Shown: positions 26,080 to 36,310 of the stretch, piece after piece
How the letters are laid out: each line of letters begins with the position of its first letter
How positions within the stretch are numbered: position 1 is the stretch's first letter
Source: an uncultured Actinomycetes bacterium
Lineage (GTDB): Bacteria > Actinomycetota > Thermoleophilia > Gaiellales > Gaiellaceae
Assembly (NCBI GenBank): GCA_963775505.1
Contig: CAVZIL010000009.1
Location: 43,987-107,986, forward strand
Length of the DNA stretch: 64,000 bases
Direction: 5' to 3'
Position numbers and translations under genes: made by a program
The notes under the pieces: model-generated
The model's database searches: none
What the model was told of the DNA's origin: nothing
Seen by the model: only the letters and a program-made list of their open reading frames with translations

Positions 26080-28137
26080 TTAAGCGGGCCCGCGACCCGG
26101 CCCGGAGGGGTGCGCCGTCTGCAGGACGCGCAGCTCATCCAGCGGGATGTGGCAGCGCAGCATGTGTCCCGGCTCGACCTCCGCGAGCGGAGGCTCCTCG
26201 CGCTCGCAGATCTCTCCGAGCTTCCTGGGGCAGCGCGTGTGGAAGACGCAGCCGGACGGCGGCGCGGCGGCGCTCGGGATCTCTCCTTCCAGACGGATAC
26301 GCTCGCCCGCCTCGCCCTCCAGCGTCGGCACCGCCGAGAGCAGCGCCTCGGTGTACGGATGATGCGGCGCCGTGAAGACCGTCGCGGCCGTTCCGACCTC
26401 CATCAGACGGCCCAGGTAGAGGACGGCGATCCGATCGGCCAGGTAGCGGACGACGCCGAGGTCGTGGGAGATGAAGACGTACGAGACCCCCCGCTCGATC
26501 TGCAGGTCGACCAGCAGGTTGAGTATCGCCGCCTGGACGGACACGTCGAGGGCCGAGGTTGGCTCGTCGCAGACGACGAGGCGCGGCTCGCCGGCGAAGG
26601 CCCGGGCGATGGCGACGCGCTGCTTCAGCCCGCCCGAGAGCTGAGCCGGACGGGCGCCGAGCAGCCGCTCGTCGAAGCGAACCGCTTCCGCAAGCGCGTG
26701 CACCCTGGCGTCGCGGTCCTCGCCTCGGAGGCCGAGGAGCTTCGTCAAGGCCCGCGCGAGTATTCGCCTGGCCGAGAAGCGGCGGTTGAGGGCAGAGTCA
26801 GGGTTCTGGAAGACGACCTGTAGCGCCCGCACCTCGGCGGTGCTCCGGTCGCCCAGAGCAGCCGCGAGCGCTTCGCCGTTCAGCTCCACGAGGGTTCCCG
26901 GGTCGGGAGGCGTGAGGCCGAGGAGGACGCGGGCGAGCGTCGTCTTGCCGCTTCCCGACTCGCCCACGAGGCCCAGCGTCTCCCCCGTCTCGACCTGAAG
27001 AGTGACGCCGGCGAGCGCGTGCACGTCGTGGCCCTCCTGGCGAAAGGTCTTGGCCGCGTCGGCGATCCCCAGGAGCGGGGCGCCGCGGGCGTCTCGGGCG
27101 GCGCTGCCCCCGAGACGGGCCTCCGGTGCGTGCGGCAGCTCGTGGGCGTCCTGCCAGAAGTGGCACCGGCTCGTGCGTCTCGCCGACACGGGGTGCAGCG
27201 GCGGCTCCTCCTCCCGGCAGATCTGCCGCGCGAGCCCGCAGCGGTCGGCGAACACACAGCCGGGGAGCTCGGCCCCAAGCTCCGGCAGCAGGCCGGGGAT
27301 CGTGTCGAGTTGCCGCTCGCTCTTTGCCGCGCCCCGGCGCGGGAGGCAGCGCAGCAGGCCGACGGTGTACGGGTGGCGCGGATCGTGGAACACCTCGCCG
27401 GCAGGGCCCTCCTCCACGAGACGGCCCGCGTACAGCACGCCGACGCGGTCGCACATCCGCCGCACGACCGCGAGGTTGTGGCTGATGAAGAGGACGCTGG
27501 TCCCTAGCTCCTCGCGCAGGCTTGCGACGAGGTCGAGTACCTCCGCCTCCACAGTCGCGTCCAGGCCGGTCGTCGGCTCGTCGAGGACGAGGAGCGTGGG
27601 ATCGCACGCCAGCGCCATGGCGATGACCGCGCGCTGCTGCATCCCGCCCGAGAGCTGGTGCGGATACCGGCGCATGACGCTCGCAGGGTCGGCGATCTGC
27701 ACCCGGGCGAGCATCTCGCGTGCACGCTCGGGTGCCTCGGCGGACGCTGCGCCGGCCACCACGAAGGCCTCAGCCACCTGGTCGCCGACCCTGAGCGAGG
27801 GGTTCAGGGCGGCGCCGGGGTTCTGGTAGACCATCGAGACGGACCGGGCGCGGTACCGGCGCACGTCCCGCTCGGACATGGCCAGGAGGTCGAGGCCCCC
27901 GACCCGAATCGAGCCGCCGGTCACCCGTCCGTTCCGCGGCAGGTAGCGCATGACCGCGAGCGCGGTCGTCGACTTTCCGCACCCGGATTCTCCCACGAGC
28001 CCGTACGCCTCGCCGACCGCGATCGTCAGCGACACGCCGCGCAGGACCCGACGCGGCCGCCCGCGCACGTCGAACGCGACCTCGAGGTCGTCGAGCTCCA
28101 GCGCGAAAGGCGCGGCGGTGACGGGCAGCGCGCTCAT
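26080..28137 (-). CDS. ABC transporter ATP-binding protein with two fused ATPase domains (DppD/DppF-like)
   Basis: Two Walker A motifs (GESGCGKST, GESGSGKTT), two LSGG signatures, and oligopeptide C-terminal domains. ATG 28137 overlaps the permease stop (ATGA). Confidence 0.9.
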   Translation of the reverse strand: MSALPVTAAPFALELDDLEVAFDVRGRPRRVLRGVSLTIAVGEAYGLVGESGCGKSTTALAVMRYLPRNGRVTGGSIRVGGLDLLAMSERDVRRYRARSVSMVYQNPGAALNPSLRVGDQVAEAFVVAGAASAEAPERAREMLARVQIADPASVMRRYPHQLSGGMQQRAVIAMALACDPTLLVLDEPTTGLDATVEAEVLDLVASLREELGTSVLFISHNLAVVRRMCDRVGVLYAGRLVEEGPAGEVFHDPRHPYTVGLLRCLPRRGAAKSERQLDTIPGLLPELGAELPGCVFADRCGLARQICREEEPPLHPVSARRTSRCHFWQDAHELPHAPEARLGGSAARDARGAPLLGIADAAKTFRQEGHDVHALAGVTLQVETGETLGLVGESGSGKTTLARVLLGLTPPDPGTLVELNGEALAAALGDRSTAEVRALQVVFQNPDSALNRRFSARRILARALTKLLGLRGEDRDARVHALAEAVRFDERLLGARPAQLSGGLKQRVAIARAFAGEPRLVVCDEPTSALDVSVQAAILNLLVDLQIERGVSYVFISHDLGVVRYLADRIAVLYLGRLMEVGTAATVFTAPHHPYTEALLSAVPTLEGEAGERIRLEGEIPSAAAPPSGCVFHTRCPRKLGEICEREEPPLAEVEPGHMLRCHIPLDELRVLQTAHPSGPGRGPA

Positions 28138-29012
28138 CGCTCGAAGGCCTGGGTCAGGCCGTCGGCGATCAGGTTCACACCGACGACGAGGGTGGCGATG
28201 GCGAGGGCGGGGAAGAGCGTCGGCCACCAGTCGCCTGCGCTCAGGAGCCCGTAGTGCTCGAAGATCTGGAGGCCCCAGTCCGGCGCGGGCGGCTGGATGC
28301 CGGACCCGAGGAACGAGAGCGTGGCGATGGTGAAGATCGCGTAGCCGAGCCGCACCGTGAACTCGACCAGCACCGGACCGAGCACGTTCGGCAGAATCTC
28401 GCCGAAGAGGACGTACGGTGCGTGCTCGTTCCGCAGGCGCGCGGCTTCGACGTACTCGAGCTCCCGTTCCGAAAGGACGGCGGCGCGCACGGTGCGTGCG
28501 ATGATCGGCGTGAAGACGACTCCGATGACGAGGATCACCGTCACCCGCGAGGGCCCGAGCGCGGTCAGCGCCAGCAGGCCGATGACGACGACTGGGATGG
28601 CCAGGAACGCGTCGACGACGCGCATGATCGCCTCGTCGGTGAAGCCGCGGAAGTAGCCGGTGACAAGCCCGAGCGCCGTGCCGAGCACCGTGCCGACCAG
28701 CGTGGCGAGCAGGGCGACGATCAGGATGTCTCGGGCGCCTACGATCACGCGCGAAAAGATGTCTCGCCCGAGGCGATCGGTGCCGAACCAGTGCTCGGAC
28801 GACGGCGGCTGGAGCTTGTTGAGGATGTCGTCGGCATAAGGGTCGTCGGGAACGACGGCCGGGCCGAAGACTGCGCAGAAGATCCAGAAGGCGACGATGA
28901 CCGCGCCCGTCAGGAACGTCTTCGAGCGGAGGACGATCCGGATCCGCTCGCGCCTTGACGCCCGCGCCGAGTCGTGAACGACGATCGGGGCGATCTCGTC
29001 GACCGTGCTCAT
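28134..29012 (-). CDS. ABC transporter permease (DppC/OppC-like)
   Basis: N-terminal OppC-type extension (HWFGTDRLGRDIFSRV), an EAA-like loop, and six predicted TM segments. ATG 29012 overlaps the upstream stop (ATGA). Confidence 0.9.
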   Translation of the reverse strand: MSTVDEIAPIVVHDSARASRRERIRIVLRSKTFLTGAVIVAFWIFCAVFGPAVVPDDPYADDILNKLQPPSSEHWFGTDRLGRDIFSRVIVGARDILIVALLATLVGTVLGTALGLVTGYFRGFTDEAIMRVVDAFLAIPVVVIGLLALTALGPSRVTVILVIGVVFTPIIARTVRAAVLSERELEYVEAARLRNEHAPYVLFGEILPNVLGPVLVEFTVRLGYAIFTIATLSFLGSGIQPPAPDWGLQIFEHYGLLSAGDWWPTLFPALAIATLVVGVNLIADGLTQAFER

Positions 29013-30005
29013 GGCAGCGAGGCCTCCACCGGCAGTTCGAGCGGCTCGACGACGTCCTCGCCCCCGTAGCGGATGCGCGGGTTCAGGTAGGCGTAGGAGA
29101 GGTCGGCGACGAGCGTTGCCAGGAGATAGACGATCCCGATCACGAGCACGGTGCCCTGGAGCAGCGGGAAGTCCTTCTGGTCGGCCGCGCGGAAAATCAG
29201 CCGTCCGATGCCTGGGTAGTTGAAGATCAGCTCGATCGCAACCAGGCCGCCGATCAGGTATCCGGTCTGCGTCGCGACGACGGCGATCGTCGGCAGGAGA
29301 GAGTTGCGGAGGACGTGCCGGCGGATCACGGTTCGGCGCGGCAGCCCCTTCAGCACGGCCGTGCGTGTGTAGTCGGCGTCGAGCGCCTCGACGGTCCCGG
29401 CGCGCGCCATCCGGGCCAGGTAGCCGAAGAGGACGAAGACGAGGCAGAGCGCGGGCAGGATTAGGTACTCGACCTGCGTCAAAAAGCCGGCTCCCGGAGG
29501 CGCCAGCGCCGTCACGGGGAGCACGTCGAGCCAGATCCCGAACACGAGGATCATGACCACCGCCCAAACGAAGTCGGGGATCGCCGAGGCCGAGAGGCCA
29601 CCCACGGAGATGGACCGATCAGCGGCCCGTCCCTCGTAGAGCGCGGCGGTGACCCCACCCAGGATCCCGAGCGGAACGACCAGCAGAAAGGCCAGAAACG
29701 CGAGCTTGGCCGAGTTCCAGAGCGCCGGCCCGATTATCTCGTCCACCGGTCGGCGGAAGGCGTACGACTCGCCCAGGTCACCCTGGAAGATGCCGGCTAT
29801 CCAGTCGCCGTAGCGGACGAGGACCGGCTCGTCGGTTCCGAGCTGCTCGTTGAGCGCCGCGACGGTTTCCGGGGCGGCGGTCGGGCCGAGGATGCTGCGC
29901 GCGACGTCGCCCGGCATCACCTCGCGAGGCGACGAAGACGATCACGCTCAGCAGCCAGAGCGTGACGAGGGCGAGCGCGATCCGCCTGAGAATGAAGCGC
30001 CCCAT
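29009..30005 (-). CDS. ABC transporter permease (DppB/OppB-like), N-terminal frame disruption
   Basis: TM1 (MGRFILRRIALALVTLWLLSVIVFVAS) is in ORF 29778..30005. The rest (MPGDVARSILGP...) is in ORF 29009..29920. The two frames meet at about 29919-29927. Confidence 0.8.
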
Positions 30006-30031
30006 GGCGGGCCGCGTCCTGTCGGCCCTTC

Positions 30032-31717
30032 CTACGTGACGAATCCCGCCTGGCTCAGGTCGAAGTGGCCCATGCCGGTCGGCTCGACCCCCTCGACGCT
30101 CTTCGTCCCCGCGAGGTGGTAGTAGAAGTAGGGGAAGATCGCAGGCGTCTCGTCGAGGAGCAGCTCCTGGATCTGCTTGGCGACCGCGCGCTGCGAGTCG
30201 AGGTCGAAGGCGCCGACGTAGTCGGCGAGGAGCGCGTCGAACTGCGGGTTCTTGAAGTGCGGCGCGTTCCAGGGTCCCTTGCTGCCGAGCGCCGACGAGA
30301 GGAACACGTTCGGAACGCCCCGGTGTCCCCAGTCGGTGATGCCGAACGGCGAGTCGAGCCAGCGGGAGCCGCCGTAGGTGTAGTCGCCGTAGTAGGCCCC
30401 GTCGTCGGTGATCTGCAGCTCGACCGTCACCCCGATCGCCTCCGCCGCGTTCTGTACGAGCACGGCCAGGTCGGGGATCTCGAAGCCCTGCCAGCTTTCG
30501 AGCTTGACGCTGAAGCCGTCGCCCATCCCGGCGTCGGCGAGGAGCTGTCTCGCCTGCTCGACGTTGATCTCGCGTTGCGGCACCGACGGATCGGTCGAGG
30601 GGAAGACCGGTGCGAAGGGGCTGTCGTTGCCGAGGTCAGCCTTACCCTCGAAGAGCCCGTCGACCAGCGCCTGCCGGTCGAGGGCCAGGGCCATGGCCTG
30701 CCGTACCCGCTTGTCGGTGAACGGCTCCTTGTCGACGCGCATGTGGATCTTCCGGTGCTGCGCGGCGCGGATCTCGATCACCGTGACACTCGGATCCTCG
30801 AGCAGCGCCCCGCCGCCGGCGACCGAGAAGTTCGAGACGATGTCCACCTCGCCGCCCTGGAGCGCGAGCACGCGGGCCTGCTCGTCCTCGTAGAACCTGA
30901 CCTCGCTCGCGTCGGCCAGCGGCGTCCGGCTCGTGTCCCAGTAGTCCGGGTTCTTCGCGTAGGTGACCCCGACCTCGGGCGTGTAGGTCTCCAGCATCCA
31001 CGGCCCGGTTCCGATGAAGGTCGACTCCCAGTCGCCCGTGAACGTCTTGGGAAGGATGATGAGGTTGTAGTTGTCGGAGCTGACCAGGTAGGGGAAGTTG
31101 CCGTTCGGGGCGTCGAGCGTGAACTCCACCGTCGAGTCGTCGGCGAGCTGGGTGTTCCCCGCCGACAGGACGCCGGTGAGCGCCGACAGCGCGTTGGACT
31201 CGTTGCCGAGGTGGTACTCGATCGTGGCGACGACGTCCTCCGCGCTGAGAGGCGTCCCGTCGTGGAAGGTCACGCCCTGCCGGATGGCGAACGTCCAGAC
31301 GCTTCCGTCCTCGTTCGGCTCCCAGCTCTCGGCGATACGCGGCTGGAGCATCAGCTCGTCGTCGGACCACGCCAGGTACTCGCCCGACTGGCCGAGCACC
31401 GCGAGCCCTCCCTCGTCGCCGACCGTGAGCGGATCGAGGGCGCCGGCGGGCGAGATGAGGGCGGTGCGGAGCGTGCCGCCCGCCTGCGGGGCCGCGCCGG
31501 TCGTGTCGGTGGCGCCGGTGGCCGAAGCGTCGTCGTCGTCCCCGCCGCAGGCCGCGGCGATGAAGGAGAGCGACGACAGGGACAGCCCCAGGACGGTCCC
31601 CCGGCGGACGAACTCCCGGCGGTTGATCTTTCCGGCCGTGAGCTCGTCGATCAGATGGTTCTCTACCTCGCTGCTCGTCTTGCGAAACTCGTCGACACGA
31701 TGCTGCTTGGCATCCAT
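30032..31717 (-). CDS. ABC transporter substrate-binding protein, family 5 (peptide/nickel type), Tat/lipoprotein signal
   Basis: ATG 31717 is preceded by GGAGAGG. It has a RREFVRRG twin-Arg motif and an AACGG lipobox, followed by an SBP_bac_5-like body. Confidence 0.9.
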   Translation of the reverse strand: MDAKQHRVDEFRKTSSEVENHLIDELTAGKINRREFVRRGTVLGLSLSSLSFIAAACGGDDDDASATGATDTTGAAPQAGGTLRTALISPAGALDPLTVGDEGGLAVLGQSGEYLAWSDDELMLQPRIAESWEPNEDGSVWTFAIRQGVTFHDGTPLSAEDVVATIEYHLGNESNALSALTGVLSAGNTQLADDSTVEFTLDAPNGNFPYLVSSDNYNLIILPKTFTGDWESTFIGTGPWMLETYTPEVGVTYAKNPDYWDTSRTPLADASEVRFYEDEQARVLALQGGEVDIVSNFSVAGGGALLEDPSVTVIEIRAAQHRKIHMRVDKEPFTDKRVRQAMALALDRQALVDGLFEGKADLGNDSPFAPVFPSTDPSVPQREINVEQARQLLADAGMGDGFSVKLESWQGFEIPDLAVLVQNAAEAIGVTVELQITDDGAYYGDYTYGGSRWLDSPFGITDWGHRGVPNVFLSSALGSKGPWNAPHFKNPQFDALLADYVGAFDLDSQRAVAKQIQELLLDETPAIFPYFYYHLAGTKSVEGVEPTGMGHFDLSQAGFVT

Positions 31718-31877
31718 GTGCCTCTCCTTCCCCGGTGCAGGTCCGGCGGGTAGCGCCCGCTTATAGCTCATCGCCGTGACAGCGTCAATCGCGTCCGCGG
31801 CGGGTCGTTTCGACCTCTGTCGTGAGTCCACACGGTCGCTGATGTAGACGGAATCCTCCGGTCGGAAGTTTGCCGAC

Positions 31878-32510
31878 CTACCGGTCGAGCCTGCGCACGG
31901 CACGCCAGACCTCGGGCCCGCCGTAGTCGATGTAGCGCGTTCTCGTCAGGTAGAGCTCGCCGTCCTCGAGGATTCCTCCGGGCAGCCTGCCCTGGTGGAG
32001 CCGGATCTCGTGGTAGTTGCGCGGGGAGATCTCGACGGCCTCCCTGTGCACCGGATTCTCGCCCCATTTGGCCGGCCCGTCGGGATCTGTGAAGAGGATG
32101 AGGTTTCCGTAGGCGCCTTTGACCAGCTCGAGGTCGTAGTAGCTGAGGAGGCCGTGCGCCGCGTATGCGCTCATGCCCGCGACGAGCCTCTCCTCGAGGT
32201 CGAAGAGCAGAGTCGTCTGGGCATCCTCCCGCGGCCGTCCGAAGAAGCCGACCACCAGGAGGTCGCGGGCGCCGATGAGCGCCCGCGTCTCGGGCACGAC
32301 GAGCAGATGCCGGAGCCCGGCGGCGTCCGTCTCCCGGATGATCACATCCCTTCGGCTCTCGAACGGCTCGTCGCACCATGCGCGTGCACGCTCGCGCTCG
32401 TGGGCGAGCAAGAAACGTAGGGCGTCCTCCTCCCGCTCCGTGTGGCTCGGGTCGGCGAAGGGCCTGCCGGGAACCTCTTCGTCGGGGCCCAGCTCGATCT
32501 CGTTGCCCAT
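31878..32510 (-). CDS. Conserved hypothetical protein
   Basis: Coding-like composition, located 32 nt downstream of the HAL-like gene on the same strand. I recognise no domain. Confidence 0.5.
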   Translation of the reverse strand: MGNEIELGPDEEVPGRPFADPSHTEREEDALRFLLAHERERARAWCDEPFESRRDVIIRETDAAGLRHLLVVPETRALIGARDLLVVGFFGRPREDAQTTLLFDLEERLVAGMSAYAAHGLLSYYDLELVKGAYGNLILFTDPDGPAKWGENPVHREAVEISPRNYHEIRLHQGRLPGGILEDGELYLTRTRYIDYGGPEVWRAVRRLDR

Positions 32511-32542
32511 TCCTGGAACCTAGCGCAGCGGCGCGGCGCAGG

Positions 32543-33976
32543 TCAGGAAATCAGGGCTCCCTTCCGTATGAGGCCTCGGACGGGCTCGAGGTCGGGCAAG
32601 AGCGTGTCGCCCTCGGCGAGGAACGGGACGATCTCACGCACCCGGGCGTATGCAGCGGCGGTGCCGCTCCCGAGGTGGGCCGGCTCACGGAGGTCAACGG
32701 CCTGGGCCGCGACGACGAGCTCGATCGCGACCACCGACTCGCCCAGCGCGACCATCTCCGCCAGCCGTCGAGCAGCGAGCGGGGCCATGGTCATCCGGTC
32801 CTCGATCCCCTCCGCCTGCGTGGTCGTCACCAGCTCGTACGAGACGGGCTGAGCGAGGAGGCGCGCCTCCGCGGTCAGCGCCTGCGCCGTGATCCCGTAT
32901 TCGCTCAGCGAGTTCTCGGCCAGGCCCTGCCGCGGCGCGAGCCCGTCCGGAAGGCCGCTGAGCGGCCCGTGGAGGAGCTTCAGCAGCCGCTCCGCCGAGC
33001 CCGTGAGCGTGGGGGCGAGGGCGATGCGGAGGAAGTCGAGGGCTGCGGCCAGCGGGAGGATCTCGAAGTTGGCGACCGAGACGATGCGATCCTCGGCGGG
33101 GACGACGAGCGGATTCTCCTGGGACGCGTTCAGCTCGATGGCGAGCTGGCCGCGCGCGAAGGAGAGCGCGTCCCGCAAGGCTCCGTGGAGCTGGGGAAGA
33201 CCGCGGAAGGAGAGCGGATCCTGGAGGTTTCGCGCGGCACCGGGCTCCCAGAGCGAGCTTCCCTCGAGGAGCGCCCGCAGGCGGGCCAGCGACTCGGCGA
33301 GGCCGGGATAGGGACGCACCTCGGCGATGGCCGGGTGCAGCAGCGTCAGGTTGGCCGCAAAGGCCTCCAGGTCGAGTGCCCCCGCGACGTCCATCGCCTC
33401 GAGCAGGCGGTCCGCGTCGGCGATCGCGAGCGCCGCCATGCCCGTCGAGAACGCGTTCGAGTTGACGAGCGCGAGCGCCTCCTTCGCCTCCAGCTCCACG
33501 TCCGCAAAAAGGCCGTGCGCGAGGTCGGCCATCGCGGGAAGGTCGGCCTGGCCGAGTGAGCCGAGAAGCCGGACACGGGGATGCTCGCGCCCGTTCAGGG
33601 CGTCCACCAGCCGCTCGGCGAGCTCGGGCCGAACGCCGGGGGTGCCGCTCGCCAGCGCGTTCGCGAGCCGGAGCATCGTCGCGCGCACGATCTCGGCGGA
33701 CGCGTCCGGGCCGACGCCGACCAGGTGGTTCGCGACCAGGGCCCGATTGAACGCACCAACCTCCTCGGCGCGGACCGGGACCTTCTTCTTCGCGCCGACC
33801 CCGGTCGTCATTCCGTAGACGGCGTCGCCGCGCTCGAGCGCCCGCTCGACGAGCGTTCGGATCGCGCGCATCCGCTCGACGGCGGCGGGGGCGAGGGCCA
33901 CGTCGGCGCCCTCGCGCGCGACCGCCACGAGCTCACCGATCGTGAGGCTGCGGCCGTCGAGCACGACGGTCGTCAA
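32543..33976 (-). CDS. Aromatic amino acid / histidine ammonia-lyase-family protein lacking the MIO triad
   Basis: HAL/PAL fold motifs (YGMTTGVG, NSNAFSTG, QDPLSFRG, NASQENPL, QAEGIEDRMT). The ASG position reads GSLGQADLPAM. The TTG start overlaps the upstream stop (TTGA). Confidence 0.8.
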   Translation of the reverse strand: MTTVVLDGRSLTIGELVAVAREGADVALAPAAVERMRAIRTLVERALERGDAVYGMTTGVGAKKKVPVRAEEVGAFNRALVANHLVGVGPDASAEIVRATMLRLANALASGTPGVRPELAERLVDALNGREHPRVRLLGSLGQADLPAMADLAHGLFADVELEAKEALALVNSNAFSTGMAALAIADADRLLEAMDVAGALDLEAFAANLTLLHPAIAEVRPYPGLAESLARLRALLEGSSLWEPGAARNLQDPLSFRGLPQLHGALRDALSFARGQLAIELNASQENPLVVPAEDRIVSVANFEILPLAAALDFLRIALAPTLTGSAERLLKLLHGPLSGLPDGLAPRQGLAENSLSEYGITAQALTAEARLLAQPVSYELVTTTQAEGIEDRMTMAPLAARRLAEMVALGESVVAIELVVAAQAVDLREPAHLGSGTAAAYARVREIVPFLAEGDTLLPDLEPVRGLIRKGALIS

Positions 33977-35076
33977 CCCCAGACCTCGGCGGCTGTGTCG
34001 GCGATCGTCGCGAGCTTCGCCTGCTCGTCCTCCAGCGAGAGCGCGTTGCCGACGACCGATGTCGCGAAGCCGCACTGCGGCGAGAGGGCGAGCCGCTCCA
34101 GCGGCACCACGCCGGCGGCCTCCCGGATCCGGCCGGCGAGCTCGGCGACCGTCTCGCGCCTCGGCGTCTTCGTCGTTACGAGCCCAAGCACGCAGATCGC
34201 GTCGTTCGGGACGTGCGCCAGCGGCTCGAAGCCGCCGGAGCGCGCGTCGTCGTACTCGAGCAGGAGGCGATGGGCGCTGAGCCGAGGGAAGAGCCGCTCC
34301 GCGAGCCAGTCGTAGCCGCCCGCCACGAGCCAGCGGCTCGCCTGGTTCCCACGGCAGAGGTGGAAGCCGAAGGTCACGCCGGGATGATCGCCCATCACGA
34401 GGTTGTCGAGGTCGCTGCCGAAGTCGAGCCAGCGCTCCGCCGGCCACCCTCTGCTCTCGTAGAAGGCCCTGTACCGCTCGTCCAGGAGCAGCGGGTAGTG
34501 CGGCGCGTCGAGCTGAATGTACGTGGCCCCGAGCTCGACGAGCTCCGCCACCTCCTCCCTGAGGATCTCGGCGACATCCAGGAGGAAGGCATCGAGCGTC
34601 GGATAGGCGTCGCGGGAGCGCTCGGGGTCGTAGAAGTTCGCGAACAGACTCGGGCTCGGGAGCGTGACCTTCAGGACGCGGTCGGTGCGGCCGCGCGCGT
34701 ACGCGAACTCCTCGCCGGAGAGCGACCGCCGCCGCCGGAGCGGCCGCACGACGGCGATCGGAGGGCGCTCGACCGTGAGGTCCCCGAGCTCCTCGGAGTG
34801 CCAGTCGCCCCAGAGAAACGCGTCGAGGTCCCACTCGCCGAACCCCTCGACCGCCGTGGGGACCTGGCTCTGGAACGAGAGCCGGCGCATCTCGCCGTCC
34901 GTGACGACGTCGAGGCCGGCGTCCTCCTGCAGCGCCAGCGCTTCGTCGACGGCCCGGTCCTCGACCTCCTTGAAGGCGGCGCGGGCGAGCTCGCCGGCCT
35001 CGAGCCGCCGCCGGGCCTCCAGCAGGGCGGGTGGCCTGAGCAGGCTCCCGACGACGTCGGTGCGGGCGTCGAGCAC
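33973..35076 (-). CDS. Cobalamin-independent methionine synthase (MetE C-terminal domain)-like protein
   Basis: Family pattern VVTDGEMRR, YIQLDAP, and Zn ligands in FHLCRGN and SPQCGF. The GTG start is at 35076. Confidence 0.8.
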   Translation of the reverse strand: MLDARTDVVGSLLRPPALLEARRRLEAGELARAAFKEVEDRAVDEALALQEDAGLDVVTDGEMRRLSFQSQVPTAVEGFGEWDLDAFLWGDWHSEELGDLTVERPPIAVVRPLRRRRSLSGEEFAYARGRTDRVLKVTLPSPSLFANFYDPERSRDAYPTLDAFLLDVAEILREEVAELVELGATYIQLDAPHYPLLLDERYRAFYESRGWPAERWLDFGSDLDNLVMGDHPGVTFGFHLCRGNQASRWLVAGGYDWLAERLFPRLSAHRLLLEYDDARSGGFEPLAHVPNDAICVLGLVTTKTPRRETVAELAGRIREAAGVVPLERLALSPQCGFATSVVGNALSLEDEQAKLATIADTAAEVWG

Positions 35077-35136
35077 TGAGGCAGCGTAGTCGGAGCACCG
35101 ACCGCTAGCATTCCGGCGCGCGGGGACGCGCCTCCG

Positions 35137-36310
35137 ATGAAAGACATCCTCGTCCTCGCCCCGCAGGAGCGGGATCTCAATGCGATTCGCGCCGCCGGCC
35201 TGGAAGAGCGGTACGGCGTCGACTTCGTCGGCTCCGACCTCGACCAGCTCGAGTCCTTCGACCCGGTCGGCTTCCTCGCCGAGGCCGAGCGCGCTGACCG
35301 CGGACGGGGTCGTGGCGACCAAGGACTCCTCGGCGCTCCTGGCTTCGGTTCTCGCCGAGCGTCGCGGCCTGGCGGGGCCTCGTCCCGAGGCCGTCCTCCG
35401 CATCCAGCACAAGCCGACCGCCCGCGCCGTGCAGCGGCAAGTCGCTCCGGAGGCCACGCCGCGCTTCGCGCTCCTCGACTCGCGGCCGCCGCTTCCCTTC
35501 CCGTTCTTCGTCAAGCCCGTGGTCGGCCGGCTCTCGCAGAACGCCTATCGCATCGATATGGCCGACGACCTCCTGGAGCTGCAGGCGGCGGGCGCCGACG
35601 TCGGCCGGTACGCGGAGATCGTCGAGCTCGCAGGCGGCGATCCCGCCTTCGTCACCGGGTTCCTCGCCGAGGAGCTGCTCGCCGGCGCCGAGGTCACGCT
35701 CGAGGGATACGTTCACCGGGGGCGGGTGACCGTGGTCGGCGTCACGGACTCCGTGAAGTACCCGGGCACGCTCAGCTTCGAGCGCTTCGAGTACCCGAGC
35801 GCCCTGCCGGAGGACCGCCTGGTCGAGCTCGCCGATGTCGCGGCCCGTGTCCTCCCGGCGCTGGCGTTCGACGACGGCTTCTTCAACATCGAGTTCTTCG
35901 TCCCCGAGACGGGGACGGCGAAGATCATCGAGGTCAACGGGCGCATCGCCTCGCAGTTCGCCCCGCTCCTGCTCGCGCTGCACGGGCGCTCGAGCTACGA
36001 CGCCCTCTTCCGTCTCGCGCTCGGCGAGGACCCCGAGTGGTCGGTCGGCCCCGCGGACGGGGTGGCGATCAGCTATGCGCTGCGGGCGTTCGAGGACGCG
36101 CTCGTCGAGGTCGTCCCGGAGCCCGAGCCCGACCTCGAGATCCTCGTCCAGCCGGGGCTCCGCCTGTCCGAGCAGGGCGTCAACGACTCGCAGAGCTACC
36201 GGCTCGCCATCTTCACCGGGTTCGGCGAGACGCGCGAGGAGGCGGTCGCGCGCGTCCGCGAACGGGCGGCGGCGCTCAGCTTCCAGCTGGCGCCGGCGCT
36301 TCCTCGCTGA
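35137..36310 (+). CDS. ATP-grasp domain protein, frame disrupted near codon 52
   Basis: The N-terminal 52 aa (MKDILVLAPQERD...FLAEAER) are in frame 35137. The ATP-grasp body (FFVKPVVG, EELLAGAEVTLEGY, FFNIEFF, IIEVNGRI) is in frame 35180. The junction is at about 35290-35295. Confidence 0.7.
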
